Notes: generated by a model from the letters alone, not told the origin. A stretch of 64,000 bases of DNA from an uncultured Acidobacteriota bacterium (GCA_963777605.1 CAVZRV010000013.1:96001-160000), one strand, 5' to 3'; positions 1-10,532 are shown, counted from the stretch's first letter. Numbers and translations are program-made.

Positions 1-595
1 AAAGTCAGGCTCCGAAGAGATTCCGCCATGGTTTTCGATCATGATGTTGATCTTGAATTCCCTGGCGTAATCGAGCAGCGCGGAGAAAGCCTCGGCCGCC
101 CGGTTGATGGCGTCGGGGTCTTCGGCCATCGATGCCCCGGCACCTCGCGCATTGCATCGGATTGCGTGGCAGCCCAGATAGTTTGCCACTTCCACCCATT
201 TCCGGTGGTTGATGACAGCCTGTTTCCGTACCGCTGGGTCCCGGGAAACCATGTCGCCCTCGTTGTCGACCATGATCAGGACATTCCTGATACCGTAGTC
301 TTTCGAAGCCTTGTTGAGCCGATCGAGATACCCTGCGACTGGTGCTTCAAAGAAGGCGGTAACGTATTCGACACCATCCAGGCCGAAATCCTCGCGGCAA
401 ATCCGGTGAATATCTGTAAGTTTCCAGATGCCGGCGCGGAAGCTGCGCACCAGAGACCAGGTGGCCAGAGAGATTTTGTTTTCGGTCGGCCGTGGATAAG
501 CCCACTGCGCCGGCCGTCACGCTGGGCGCGATACCTGCTGCGATCCCGGCTAATGTTGTGTTGCGGAGAAAACTGCGACGGTTGAATGAGTTCAC
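1..595 (-). CDS. Tat-exported sugar phosphate isomerase/epimerase (xylose isomerase-like TIM barrel); 3' partial, frameshift near 480-490
   Basis: GTG start with twin-arginine NRRSFL; after a frame change reads KISLATWSL...GLDGVEYV...LIMVDNEG...INIMIENHGG, typical of the family; runs off the window edge. Confidence 0.75.
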
Positions 596-708
596 GATGC
601 CCCCTCTTTCTTGGTGGTTGGAGGACAAACCTCCTCCCATCTTGTCTCGACTTGGCTATGCTACCACTCGGACCAGTCTGAGCTAAATGTTAGGATTGCC
701 CGAATTCT

Positions 709-2829
709 ATGGACATTGTTCTGGCTCTCAGCCTATTGCTGGCAACAGGGTTCGGCGTCGCCCGACTCGTGAAACTGGTCCGCCTTCCGGCTGTCACCGG
801 CTATATCATCGCGGGACTCGCCCTCGGGCCTTCAGGATTCGGAATCATCGGGCCCGAGTTGAGTGAGAGCCGGTTGGTGGTTTTCACCAACATTGCGATG
901 ATGTTGGTTGCGTTCGGAATCGGGGAACGCTTTGACCTCCAGCAATTGCAGCGCTGCAGGGCGGCGTTGGTTAGAGTCAGTGCCGGGGAGTGCGGCTTGA
1001 CTTTTCTGCTGGTGTTGGTTGGCGTAACCCTCTCCGCTTTTCTCCTGGGAGAGGGAGGAGCCGACGGTGACCTGGGATGGTGGCTGGCCCTCGGACTGAT
1101 AGCGGCTTCGATCGCGGTCGCGACCGCTCCCGCTTCCACGGTCGCAGTTTTGAGGGAAATCGAGGCCTCGGGACCGATATCGCGTCTGGTGCTGTCCAAT
1201 GTTGTGGTCAACAACGCAGTCAGCGTCACCCTGTTCGGGGTTGCCCTGACGGCCGGGGCGGTCCTGCTCGAAACCCACACGTCGCCCGGCTTGGCAGGTC
1301 TCCTGCTTCCGCTGGGGAAGACACTGAGTTCCCTGGTCCTGGGAATGCTCGTGGGCTGGCTGATTGACCTGATCGTCCACCGTCTGGTCCGCCGCGACGA
1401 CGTGCTGATTGTCGCTCTGGCGGCGGTCTTCTTTTGCGGAGGACTCGCGAGTTTCCTGGGCCTGTCTTCTTTGCTGGCTGGCGTTTCGGCCGGGTTTGCA
1501 GTGGTCAACCGGGATCGGCGCGACGTCCGTGCCTTCCGGGCACTCAACGATTTTGAGCCCCCGATCTATGGGATTTTCTTCGCCCTTGCCGGGGCCCAGC
1601 TTCACCTGGCCGAAATGGCCTCGTCCGGGATTCTGGCGGCTGTCTACATCGCCTGCAGGTCGGGAGGAAAGTACCTCGGGGCCTGGTGGGGGGCGCGGGC
1701 GGCCGGGCTCGAGCCATTGCGCGCGCGTTCCATCGGCCTCGGCCTGCTGCCCCAGGCTGGACTGGCGATCGCTCTGGCCTACATCATTCGTCAGGAGCCG
1801 ACCATGGTCCCGATCCGGTCGGTGCTGCTCAACATCGTCATTGCCAGCGTCGTAATCAACGAGCTGGTTGGACCTCCCCTCGTCGCGGTGATGGCCTGGC
1901 GGGTTGGAGAGGTTCCCCAAGCCGTTCAATCGGTGGTTCCGTCGCGATCGGTCCAGGTTTCTCAGGTTCAGGCCTGGGAGGGCCCCCGCCTGGTTCCGAC
2001 CGAGCGGCAAGAGGGATATGTCCTCTTCGGCCTGTCGCATCCCGGCCGGGCTGTGGCGATGACCCGGGTTGCGACGCTACTGAGCCACCAATTTCAGGCA
2101 AAGCCGCTGGCGGTACGAATCATTGCGGGAGAGCACCAGGGTGATTTCTGGGAAGCCAAGACCGACCAGGAGACGCTCGGCCTGTTCCAACTGGCACGGC
2201 GTGAAGCGCAGGCACTCGGGTATTCGCTGGACACCTATTCCGAGTTCGCGCATGAAACTGCGGAGGGAATTGTGCGGGCTGCGGATTCGGTCGATGCGAG
2301 GGCAATCATCCTGGGACATCCCCTGGCGAGGCGAGCTCCCGAGTTTGCCAGGATCGTGGATGCGGTGGCCCGGGATGCCGTGTGTCCCGTCGTGATTGCC
2401 AAAATTACTTCCGACGTAAACCTGAAGAGCGTCCTGGTACCGATCAGCGCAATGGCCGAGATTCCATCCGTGGTGCCGATCGTGATGTCGCTGAAGCTGG
2501 TGAGTGGAAGCCAGATCCGCTTTCTCCGGCTCATGCCGCATGAGGCGTCGAGCGGGGAACTGGACCAGCGCGCCGAGCAACTAAGAGATGCCTTGCCCGA
2601 CTTTCTGAAAGATTCGAGGTGCGATGCGACTGCAACCGAATCGAGAGTTCACCGGATCTTGGAAGCATCGGGAAATCACGATATTGTCGTGATGAGCGCC
2701 AGTGACCAGCGTGGCTTGCGACGGGTTTTCTTCGGGTCTCTGGCGGAAGATGTCGCATTGAGAATCGAGCGGCCAATGCTGCTGGTTCGTGGAGGCATGG
2801 AGTGGCGTGCACTAACTGGTTGGAGTTGA
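709..2829 (+). CDS. Cation:proton antiporter (CPA2/Kef-type) with C-terminal universal-stress-protein-like domains
   Basis: ~12 hydrophobic helices, GYIIAGLALGPSG, ATAPAST, FFALAGAQL and GLLPQAGLAI motifs; C-terminus ends FFGSLAEDVALRIERPMLLVR (USP signature). Confidence 0.85.
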   Translation: MDIVLALSLLLATGFGVARLVKLVRLPAVTGYIIAGLALGPSGFGIIGPELSESRLVVFTNIAMMLVAFGIGERFDLQQLQRCRAALVRVSAGECGLTFLLVLVGVTLSAFLLGEGGADGDLGWWLALGLIAASIAVATAPASTVAVLREIEASGPISRLVLSNVVVNNAVSVTLFGVALTAGAVLLETHTSPGLAGLLLPLGKTLSSLVLGMLVGWLIDLIVHRLVRRDDVLIVALAAVFFCGGLASFLGLSSLLAGVSAGFAVVNRDRRDVRAFRALNDFEPPIYGIFFALAGAQLHLAEMASSGILAAVYIACRSGGKYLGAWWGARAAGLEPLRARSIGLGLLPQAGLAIALAYIIRQEPTMVPIRSVLLNIVIASVVINELVGPPLVAVMAWRVGEVPQAVQSVVPSRSVQVSQVQAWEGPRLVPTERQEGYVLFGLSHPGRAVAMTRVATLLSHQFQAKPLAVRIIAGEHQGDFWEAKTDQETLGLFQLARREAQALGYSLDTYSEFAHETAEGIVRAADSVDARAIILGHPLARRAPEFARIVDAVARDAVCPVVIAKITSDVNLKSVLVPISAMAEIPSVVPIVMSLKLVSGSQIRFLRLMPHEASSGELDQRAEQLRDALPDFLKDSRCDATATESRVHRILEASGNHDIVVMSASDQRGLRRVFFGSLAEDVALRIERPMLLVRGGMEWRALTGWS

Positions 2830-2896
2830 GGATTGGCCCTGCCGGTTCCTCCTGGGGATGCCGAGTGGGTTCTGGAGTGTAAGGGAGGAGAGATAG

Positions 2897-4541
2897 ATGA
2901 GTGACAATGCTTCGAAGTTGAGCCGCCGTGGATTTATTGCTGTCTCCTCGAGCGGGGTCCTGGTTGCGGGCCTGAGCGGGTGTGTAACGGTTGACCAGGA
3001 AACCGGATCCGAATCGGGAGGCGGGCAGTCCGACCGTTTTCAACTTAACGAACTATCGATTGCCGATCTCCACAAGGCGATGGACGAGGGAAGCCTGACC
3101 AGTCACGAGATCACCCGGCTATACCTGGACCGGATTGAGAAGATGGACCGGCGAGGGCCTGCCCTGCGGGCCGTCATCGAGGTGAATCCGGAGGCTCTCG
3201 AGATTGCTCAGAAGCTTGACAAGGAACGTAAGGACGGAAAGAAGCGGGGGCCGCTTCACGGCATTCCGGTCGTCCTCAAGGACAACATCGATACCGCCGA
3301 TCGAATGACGACGACAGCCGGTTCGCTCGCCCTTGAGGGGTCGATCCCGGCCCAGGATTCGTTTGTGGCCGCCCAACTCAGAAAGGCGGGCGCGATTCTG
3401 CTCGCCAAGGCCAATCTCAGCGAATGGGCGAACTTTCGATCCGACTACTCTTCGAGCGGCTGGAGCGGTCGGGGAGGGCAATGTCGCAACCCCTACGCCC
3501 TCGACCGAAATCCATGCGGTTCTAGTTCTGGGTCGGCGGTGGCGGCTTCGGCCAATCTTTGTGCTGGAGCCATCGGCACTGAAACCAACGGCTCGATCGT
3601 GTGTCCCTCCAATGCCAACGGGGTCGTCGGGCTGAAGCCGACCGTCGGCCTGGTGAGCCGGTCCGGCATTATTCCCATTTCGCACACCCAGGATACGGCC
3701 GGCCCGATTACCCGAACCGTGGCGGATGCCGCCACGATTCTGAGTGCCCTGGTCAGGGACCGACCCGCACGATCCGGCGACGGCCGCCAGCGAAGGCCAC
3801 TTCCAGCAGGACTACACTACCGCCCTCAAACGGGGAAGCCTGAAAGGTGCGCGAGTTGGGGTGGTTCGGCAGTACCTGGGATTCCTCCCCGCCGTTGACC
3901 GGCTCATGGAGGATGCGATGCGGGTCATGAAGGAACTCGGTGCCGAGATCGTCGATCCTGCCGACATCCCGACCAACCGCCAGTTCGGCCGACCGAGCTT
4001 CCAGGTTCTCCTGTATGAGTTCAAAGCCGACCTCAACGCCTATCTGGCCGGATTGGGAGAGAAGGCCCCGGTCCACAGCCTGGCGGAGTTGATTCAGTTC
4101 AACAACGAGCACGCAGACGAAGAGATGCCCTTTTTCGGCCAGGAACTCTTGATCCAGGCCGAGGCGAAAGGTGACCTGGCCAGCAAGGAGTATCTGGACG
4201 CCGTGGAGGCGGCCAAGCGCCTGGCGGGACCCGAGGGGATTGACAAGGTCATGGACGACAACAAACTCGACGTGCTGGTGGCGCCGACGGGTGGACCTGC
4301 CTGGAAGACCGATCACATCACAGGGGACCATTTCCTGGGCGGGAGCTCGGGTCCGGCCGCGGTAGCGGGATACCCGAACCTATCAGTCCCTGCCGGCTTC
4401 GTCAGCGGGTTGCCGATCGGGATCTCGTTCTTTGGCCGGGCCTGGAGCGAAGCGAAACTGATCGGGTATGCCTATGACTTTGAGCAGGAGACGAAACTTC
4501 GCCTCCCGCCCCAGTTCATCCCTTCCCTGGAAACCGTGTAG
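2897..4541 (+). CDS. Amidase signature family amidase, Tat/lipoprotein signal; frameshift near 3750-3760 joins ORFs 2897-3898 and 3744-4541
   Basis: SRRGFI Tat motif and LSGC lipobox; GPLHGIPVVLKDNI, GSSSGSAVA, GTETNGSIVCPS and QDTAGPITRTVADAA; second ORF supplies the C-terminal YPNLSVPAG...GLPIGISFFG. Confidence 0.9.
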
Positions 4542-7124
4542 CTACGGTTTGACTCGCGAGACTCGACTTCGCCGCCCCTGCTGGTCGAAGGTTGCGAGAA
4601 TCACCTCGCCGCTGACCGGGATCGGGTCTTCGTATGCCGGTGATTCCGGGGTGGGAGCCTTCCCGTCAAGCGTATAGCGGATGGTGAGGCCGGGGAATGC
4701 CACGTTGGCAGTCAAGAGTCCATCCGTGATGGAGGCTCCGGGAGGCGGAAGCCGGTAGGCCACTCCTCCGTGCCAGTAGTCGAGGCGCGGAAGCTCTCGT
4801 CGGCCAACCAGGTTGGCAAAGCGATTCCAGGCCTGCTCCCGCATCTCCAAAGCTCTTTTCAGGTTGGGGGTTTCTGCCCACTGCGGCGGCTGCGCCCAGG
4901 CCCGCTCGGAAAGTCCCATCAACTTGGGAAGGGCGAGGTACTCGGTGATCTCGTCGGTCTTTTGGTTTTCGGACCAGAGCTGTCCCTGAAGTCCGAGGAT
5001 GTTCGACCGGCCGTTGGAACTGAGCCGGGTGGCGTCCCGGTATCTCGAGGGTTCGATCGGATTGCCCATGACGTCCCTTTCAGCACCCCGGTAAATGTCG
5101 AAAGGAATCAGCTCCCAGGCGCTGCGGGTCTCTACGAAACCGGCCCAGTAGTATCCCGGCTCCTGGGGATGCTTGCCGTAAGCCAGGTCGAAGTAGAGGT
5201 TGCTTGCATTGGAGAGAACGACGCGGTATCCGGCATTCGCAAGCTCGTAGGCATTCTGCTCTCCGCCCGATCCCCAAACGCTGTTCCAAACGTAGGCGAC
5301 GAAGTTCCGGTTCACGAATTTCGGGTTGGGCTTCCTGGATGCGGAATCGTCGTGACCTGAACTGGTCAGGCCCACTTCCTCCCACCCGGCGAGGGTCAGT
5401 CCGCGGGATGAGAGAATGTCGTCGAGTCGACCGAGGAAATAGGTTGTCAGCGGCCCCGGACCAGAGCTCCCGGTTTGCTCTTCGAACGCCTGGCAGCGAG
5501 GAGAACCTTCCCAGACGCCGGCCGGCACCTCATCCCCACCGACGTGGACAGAGTGAAGCGGCACCCCGGCTTCAAGGTACATGCCGCGAACCTCGTCGAT
5601 CACCTTTTCCAGGAATGCATAGGTAGAGTCCTGGCAGACGTTGACCACGTTGTCATTCCATCCCTGCACTGACCGGTAGACCGACTGGTCCTCGGGATCG
5701 TTGAGCAGGTAGCGGTCCGCCTCTGAGTCAGAGCCCTCCGCCATGAGCCGGTCGTGGCGCACCTGCATCGACTTGATTGCCGCCCGGGCGTGGCCGGGGA
5801 CGTCGATTTCGGGAATTACCTCGATGTGTCGGCTGGCTGCGTAGCGCAGGATGTCGATGAACTCCGTCCGGGAGTAGAAACCCGAGCCGGAGGAAGCCGA
5901 TGGGTCGGGGTTCGGGCCTGAACCGAAGGACGGATAGAGGCGGTCCCTTTCGTCCAGGGTGTGTCCCCGGTGTCCTCCGACGTTGGTGAGTTCGGGCAGT
6001 CCCGGGATCTCAAGGCGCCAGCCTTCGTCGTCGGTGATGTGGAAATGGAATCGATTCAGCTTGTAGAAAGCCATCAGATCGAGAAGTCGCTTGACCTCGT
6101 CTGCTTTTCTGAAGTTCCGCGCCACGTCGAGGTGGAGTCCGCGATAGGCGAACCGCGGGCTGTCGAGCACCTCCACTTCTCCAACTTCAATGGAACCTCC
6201 CTCACGAGCCCATGCGGAAATCGGGAACCACGCGCGCAGCGTCTGGATCCCGCAAAGGACCCCTGCAGGCGACGCGCCCGATATCGACACGCCATTCTCC
6301 GCGGAAATGCTGAGACGATAGGCGTCCGGAGAAGGCTGCCCTTCCGGCTCGAGTTCCAGGCAGATCCGGTTGGGCCCGGTCTCGGGACTGCTTTCCTCCA
6401 CGATGTCCGGGCTGGCTCCCAGCAGGTCCGATATCGCCTCTGCCAGGTAGGAGGCTTCGAACGCGAGCCCGGGCTGGTAGAGAAGAAGAAAGTCGGAGGT
6501 CAAGTCCAGTTGTCCGGTGCCGGGGCGAAGGGAGACTGGAGTCGGGACGATTCCCCGAATTTCGGTTTCCGGCATGAGGGAAAGCGGGGCGTTGGCCTGG
6601 AAGAGCACGTCGGGGGTCTGAACCGGCACGACATCGTTCTTCGCCCGGGACGTCTGGTCCGGTCCCTCGAATGCGCCGATCTCCTCCGATCCGATCTCTT
6701 GCGGAGCGGCATCGCCGTCGTACACGATGTAGAAGCCGGCCGGGGCGACGGAGTCATTGATCACCGATGCCTCGCCGTCGAAGCGAACGGTGATCCACTC
6801 ACCGGGTTCGAGGGGAGAGAAGTCGTCTCCGGGACGGAGCCGGTAAAAGTCTCCGTTCACGTGTTCGATCCGGACCGGACCCTTGACCGAGTCCTTGATA
6901 ATCACTCGTGCGAAGTTGAAGTAGATTGCCCAGCCTCCGGTCGGGAGGCTTGCCTGCCCATGATTGGAGAGCACCAGTTCAGACGAAAATCCGTCGGGAG
7001 CAAAATTAGTGATCAAGCTCCAGCGGGCTCCCAGGTCATTGCCGGAGGGGTGATCCTTCGTCGAACGACAGGACATCAGGCCAACCATACAGCAACATGC
7101 CACCAGCGTGATCCCTTTCAGCAT
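4542..7124 (-). CDS. Beta-N-acetylhexosaminidase (GH20, chitobiase-type), lipoprotein
   Basis: DSPRFAYRGLHLDVARNF, HFHITDDEGWR, IPEIDVPGH, HVGGDEVP catalytic motif and GLQGQLWSE; LMSC lipobox. Confidence 0.92.
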   Translation of the reverse strand: MLKGITLVACCCMVGLMSCRSTKDHPSGNDLGARWSLITNFAPDGFSSELVLSNHGQASLPTGGWAIYFNFARVIIKDSVKGPVRIEHVNGDFYRLRPGDDFSPLEPGEWITVRFDGEASVINDSVAPAGFYIVYDGDAAPQEIGSEEIGAFEGPDQTSRAKNDVVPVQTPDVLFQANAPLSLMPETEIRGIVPTPVSLRPGTGQLDLTSDFLLLYQPGLAFEASYLAEAISDLLGASPDIVEESSPETGPNRICLELEPEGQPSPDAYRLSISAENGVSISGASPAGVLCGIQTLRAWFPISAWAREGGSIEVGEVEVLDSPRFAYRGLHLDVARNFRKADEVKRLLDLMAFYKLNRFHFHITDDEGWRLEIPGLPELTNVGGHRGHTLDERDRLYPSFGSGPNPDPSASSGSGFYSRTEFIDILRYAASRHIEVIPEIDVPGHARAAIKSMQVRHDRLMAEGSDSEADRYLLNDPEDQSVYRSVQGWNDNVVNVCQDSTYAFLEKVIDEVRGMYLEAGVPLHSVHVGGDEVPAGVWEGSPRCQAFEEQTGSSGPGPLTTYFLGRLDDILSSRGLTLAGWEEVGLTSSGHDDSASRKPNPKFVNRNFVAYVWNSVWGSGGEQNAYELANAGYRVVLSNASNLYFDLAYGKHPQEPGYYWAGFVETRSAWELIPFDIYRGAERDVMGNPIEPSRYRDATRLSSNGRSNILGLQGQLWSENQKTDEITEYLALPKLMGLSERAWAQPPQWAETPNLKRALEMREQAWNRFANLVGRRELPRLDYWHGGVAYRLPPPGASITDGLLTANVAFPGLTIRYTLDGKAPTPESPAYEDPIPVSGEVILATFDQQGRRSRVSRVKP

Positions 7125-7335
7125 CGGCCCTTCTTTCCTTCTCCTGAATTTCGAAGCAGCGCAGCCGTTGCCATGCTAAAGCGGGGCGGCTGAAACGGCA
7201 AGGGATCTTGCATTGTCGAACGGGGTCAGGTAGCTTGCTCGGCAATGTTCGAAGGCCGCAAATCTTACGGAGGTGGTAACCGGGGGGCTGGCGGAACGCC
7301 GGAAGCGCCTCGGTAATCGAAAAGGAGGAGCGAAC

Positions 7336-8004
7336 GTGAAGAAAGGTTTCCTGGGAGTTCTGGTGTTCGCATTTGTGGTGGGAATACAGGTGTTCACGGC
7401 GCTGACTGCCGGGGATACTATCCGGCTGTTCGACGGAAAGGACCTCTCGGGGTGGCACGCCTATCTGTCTGAACACGGGGTCCCGATGGGAGATGTCTGG
7501 AGCGTCAAGGATGGACTGCTCGTGTGCAAGGGTACGCCAATGGGTTATCTTTACACCAACCAGACTTTCACCAGTTATGAGTTAGAGGTCGAATGGAGAT
7601 GGGCACCGGGTTCGGAACCCGGCAACAGCGGGGTCCTGTTACGAATCAACGGCGAACCGAGGCCGTTGCCGCGAACGATTGAGGCTCAGCTTAAAAGTGG
7701 GGATGCCGGGGACCTTTACGGGTTTCACGGGATGAAGATCAACGGTGATGCCGCTCGCACCAGCCGCAGCAGTAACGCTCTGGCCGGCGAATTCGTCGGC
7801 GTGAAGAAGATCACGGGAGCCGAAAAGGCTCCCGGTCAGTGGAATCGCTACGAGATCCGGCTGGACGGCGGCAACCTCGAGGTGAAGGTAAACGGGAAAT
7901 TGGTTAACCAGGCCACCGATTGTGAGGTTCTGAGTGGGCCGATCGGGCTCCAGTCCGAGGGCGGAGAGATCCAGTTCAGGACCGTGGAATTGCGGCCTCT
8001 CTGA
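7336..8004 (+). CDS. DUF1080 / 3-keto-disaccharide hydrolase family secreted protein
   Basis: RBS AGGAGG before GTG; signal peptide; LFDGKDLSGW, GNSGV, GQWNRYEI and GPIGLQSEG...FRT motifs. Confidence 0.88.
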   Translation: MKKGFLGVLVFAFVVGIQVFTALTAGDTIRLFDGKDLSGWHAYLSEHGVPMGDVWSVKDGLLVCKGTPMGYLYTNQTFTSYELEVEWRWAPGSEPGNSGVLLRINGEPRPLPRTIEAQLKSGDAGDLYGFHGMKINGDAARTSRSSNALAGEFVGVKKITGAEKAPGQWNRYEIRLDGGNLEVKVNGKLVNQATDCEVLSGPIGLQSEGGEIQFRTVELRPL

Positions 8005-8089
8005 AGGGTCTGTAAGTTCCGGCCATCCGTTCGGCGACAGGACTGGCCGGAGGGGGAAGCGGGTCCTGCCAGAATAGCGGGAGTGAATT

Positions 8090-8446
8090 ATGCCCCAGAT
8101 CATTGAAGGTCCGGCCGTCATTGAGTCGGCTGGAAACAAGCCCAAGCGCATCGAAGAATATTTCGGTCGGGTCAACTCCGGTACTGCTGCTGTCAGTATT
8201 GCTCGAATGAAGAGTCCCCCGGGATGGCTGGAACCGGGACAGCGGCCAGAGTTCGATGAATACACGATCGTTCTGTCGGGTTACCTGCAGGTCGATTCCG
8301 AGGAAGGCGTCTCCAGAGTTTCGGCCGGACAGGCGGTTCTGGCGAGGGCTGGTGAGTGGGTTCAGTACAGCACGCCGGAGGGCGCGGAATATGTGGCAGT
8401 CTGCATTCCGGCCTTCTCCCCTGATACGGTCCGCCGCGACGATTAA
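8090..8446 (+). CDS. Cupin domain protein
   Basis: KPKRIEEYFGRVN, EPGQRPEFDEYTIVLSG and EYVAVCIPAFSPDTV, a conserved small cupin family. Confidence 0.8.
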   Translation: MPQIIEGPAVIESAGNKPKRIEEYFGRVNSGTAAVSIARMKSPPGWLEPGQRPEFDEYTIVLSGYLQVDSEEGVSRVSAGQAVLARAGEWVQYSTPEGAEYVAVCIPAFSPDTVRRDD

Positions 8447-8497
8447 ATGGCCAGGATGAGGACGGAATACGGCGCAGGGGACAGGGGCCCTATGGAC

Positions 8498-9643
8498 CTA
8501 TGGGACAGGACGAGTTTGTGACGGTTTGACTCGGGCGATCAGGAGTGTCTGGTCGTCCCTCTGGGTGACCTCTCCGGTGTATTCGGACACTGCCTGAAGA
8601 ATCATCGACGCGAGGTCTTCTACGGGAAGCTGTCGCTTGGCGACGATCAGGGCCTCCATGCGCTCTTCTCCGAACTGGTTGAGGTCGGGACGCTCCGCTT
8701 CGGTCAGGCCGTCCGTGAAGACGACCAGGAGATCCCCGTTCTGGAGGTCAATGGCCTCTTGCCGGTATGCGGACTCTTCAAACGCTCCCAGCAGCGGCCC
8801 GGTAGGATTGAGCCGCTGAGCCTGGCCGTCCCGGACGAGGAAGGGCGGGCAATGTCCGGCATTGAAGTACTCGAGCCGGCAGGTGGCTGAGTCAAAGACA
8901 CCGTAGAAGAGTGACGCGAACCGATTGCCGTTGTTGCTCTCGCCCATCGACTGGTTGAGGACGTGGGCCAATCGATCGAGTCGGTCCGGGTGGAGCGGTC
9001 CGTTGCTTCGCAGCAATCCCTGCAGGTTGGCCATCAGGAGGGCCGCCGAGATCCCCTTGCCCGAGATATCCCCGACTGCCAGGGAGAGCTTGCCGGGCCA
9101 GAGTTCCAGGTAGTCAAAGTAGTCTCCCCCGATGATTTTGGCGGGCTGACACACCGCGTAGTAATCCATGCCCGGGATCGAGGGTTTGAGCTGGGGAAAG
9201 AGATGGGTTTGGACCTCGGCCGCGATCCGGAGTTGCTCGTTGATGGCGGCATTTTCCTCGCGGAGTCGTTGCAGTTCGAGGTCCTGAAGCACCGTCGTTC
9301 TGAGTGAGTAGGGCTCCCACGGCTTCAGGATGTAGCGGTGCACCTGTCCCTCGTTGATTGCCCCCATCAGGTCCTCGGCTTCGCTGTAGCCGGTGAGGAT
9401 GATGCGGAGCGCCCGCGGCGAAAGAGCCAGCGACTCCCGAAGCAGATCGACACCGCTCATTCCCGGCATCCTCTGGTCGGTGATAATGACCTGGAACGTC
9501 TGCTCTTTCAGCCGCCTGAGCGCTTCTGCGCCTGAGCCGGCCTGGCAGACTTCGAAATCGCCAAGGAAGGTTCGCTTCAGTTTTTGAAGATTGGCCGGTT
9601 CGTCATCGACGACGAGAAGCCGGGGCTTGCTTCCACTCTTCAT
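8498..9643 (-). CDS. Response regulator receiver fused to PP2C/SpoIIE (RsbU-type) phosphatase
   Basis: LLVVDDE, TDQRMPGMSG and KPW receiver motifs; GGDYFD, GDISGKGISAAL, NAGH, TDGLTEA and DDQT phosphatase motifs. Confidence 0.92.
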   Translation of the reverse strand: MKSGSKPRLLVVDDEPANLQKLKRTFLGDFEVCQAGSGAEALRRLKEQTFQVIITDQRMPGMSGVDLLRESLALSPRALRIILTGYSEAEDLMGAINEGQVHRYILKPWEPYSLRTTVLQDLELQRLREENAAINEQLRIAAEVQTHLFPQLKPSIPGMDYYAVCQPAKIIGGDYFDYLELWPGKLSLAVGDISGKGISAALLMANLQGLLRSNGPLHPDRLDRLAHVLNQSMGESNNGNRFASLFYGVFDSATCRLEYFNAGHCPPFLVRDGQAQRLNPTGPLLGAFEESAYRQEAIDLQNGDLLVVFTDGLTEAERPDLNQFGEERMEALIVAKRQLPVEDLASMILQAVSEYTGEVTQRDDQTLLIARVKPSQTRPVP

Positions 9644-9676
9644 CTGGTTCCCATCGCTCTCAAAATGAACCGAGTG

Positions 9677-10453
9677 CTAATCCAGGACTTCGATCACGGC
9701 CTGGTCACGGCCGAAGTTGCGCGTCTCGGGCTGGCTGGCGACAACTTCGAGCAGGTATGAACCCGCAGACGGAAGCGGCAGTTGACCGGTGAACACGCTG
9801 ACTTCACCGGAGAATGCCAGCGGGACTTCGGCAACCTTTTTCTCGCTGGAATCATAGATTTGGGCGACCACGTTGATCTTGTCGGCATCCCAGAGCCCAC
9901 CGGGCTCGATCGGGCACCCTCAGGTCATGGTCATCTTTGCCCGGATTGTCGTTTTCGTCCCGGCAGTTAGCTCCCGTCCTTCCTCCGGAGCGAGGATCTC
10001 GACGATGAACCCGTTCAGTTCCAGGATCAGCCCTTCTCCGAGGACATCTTTGCCGGGGACCAGGAGGATGGTCTTGGAACTCGTCTGGACGGCCTGCGGG
10101 TACTCCAGGGGGCCCTCGGCGATGACCTGCACCGGAGTGGGCCGGTGGAGCATGAGCGTGGTCTCGAAGTAGGCCGTTCCCTCCAGGTCGTAGACCGTCC
10201 CATGACGCTCCCGCGGTTGCACCATGATCTTATCGGTGTTCCCGGTTCCCCCCAACTGAAGACCTTTGGCCAGGATCTCACCCGTTTCGAGATCCTTAAT
10301 GGTGACAGAAGCGCCGCCGACGTGTGTTCCAACCACCTTGGCATCACGGGAAACGACACGGACGCGCAGCTTTGTAGGGACCTGTTCGGCGAGTGCCGGC
10401 ACAAGGAGGAGCAGGGTCGCTCCCAGAGCTACTACGAATCTTCGAAATTTCAT
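9677..10453 (-). CDS. Secreted protein with in-frame UGA at 9920-9922, candidate selenoprotein (MTMT-U-GCP)
   Basis: ORFs 9920-10453 and 9677-9871 are in the same frame, separated only by one TGA; read-through gives 258 aa with a signal peptide and ...KMTMT*GCPIEPGGLWDADK...; a hairpin directly follows the UGA. Confidence 0.75.
9884..9919 (-). promoter_or_regulatory. Putative bacterial SECIS element
   Basis: mRNA after UGA is GGGUGCCCGAUC-GAGCCC-GGU-GGGCUC-UGGGAUGCC: 6-bp upper stem, G-starting apical loop 18 nt after UGA, U-containing 5' bulge and a lower stem. Confidence 0.65.
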
Positions 10454-10532
10454 GCGCCGATTATATCTGCCTCCGCGCTGTCATCCACGCTGAATTGACT
10501 TCCGGCGGCCGGGTTCGACAAACTAACGGGCC

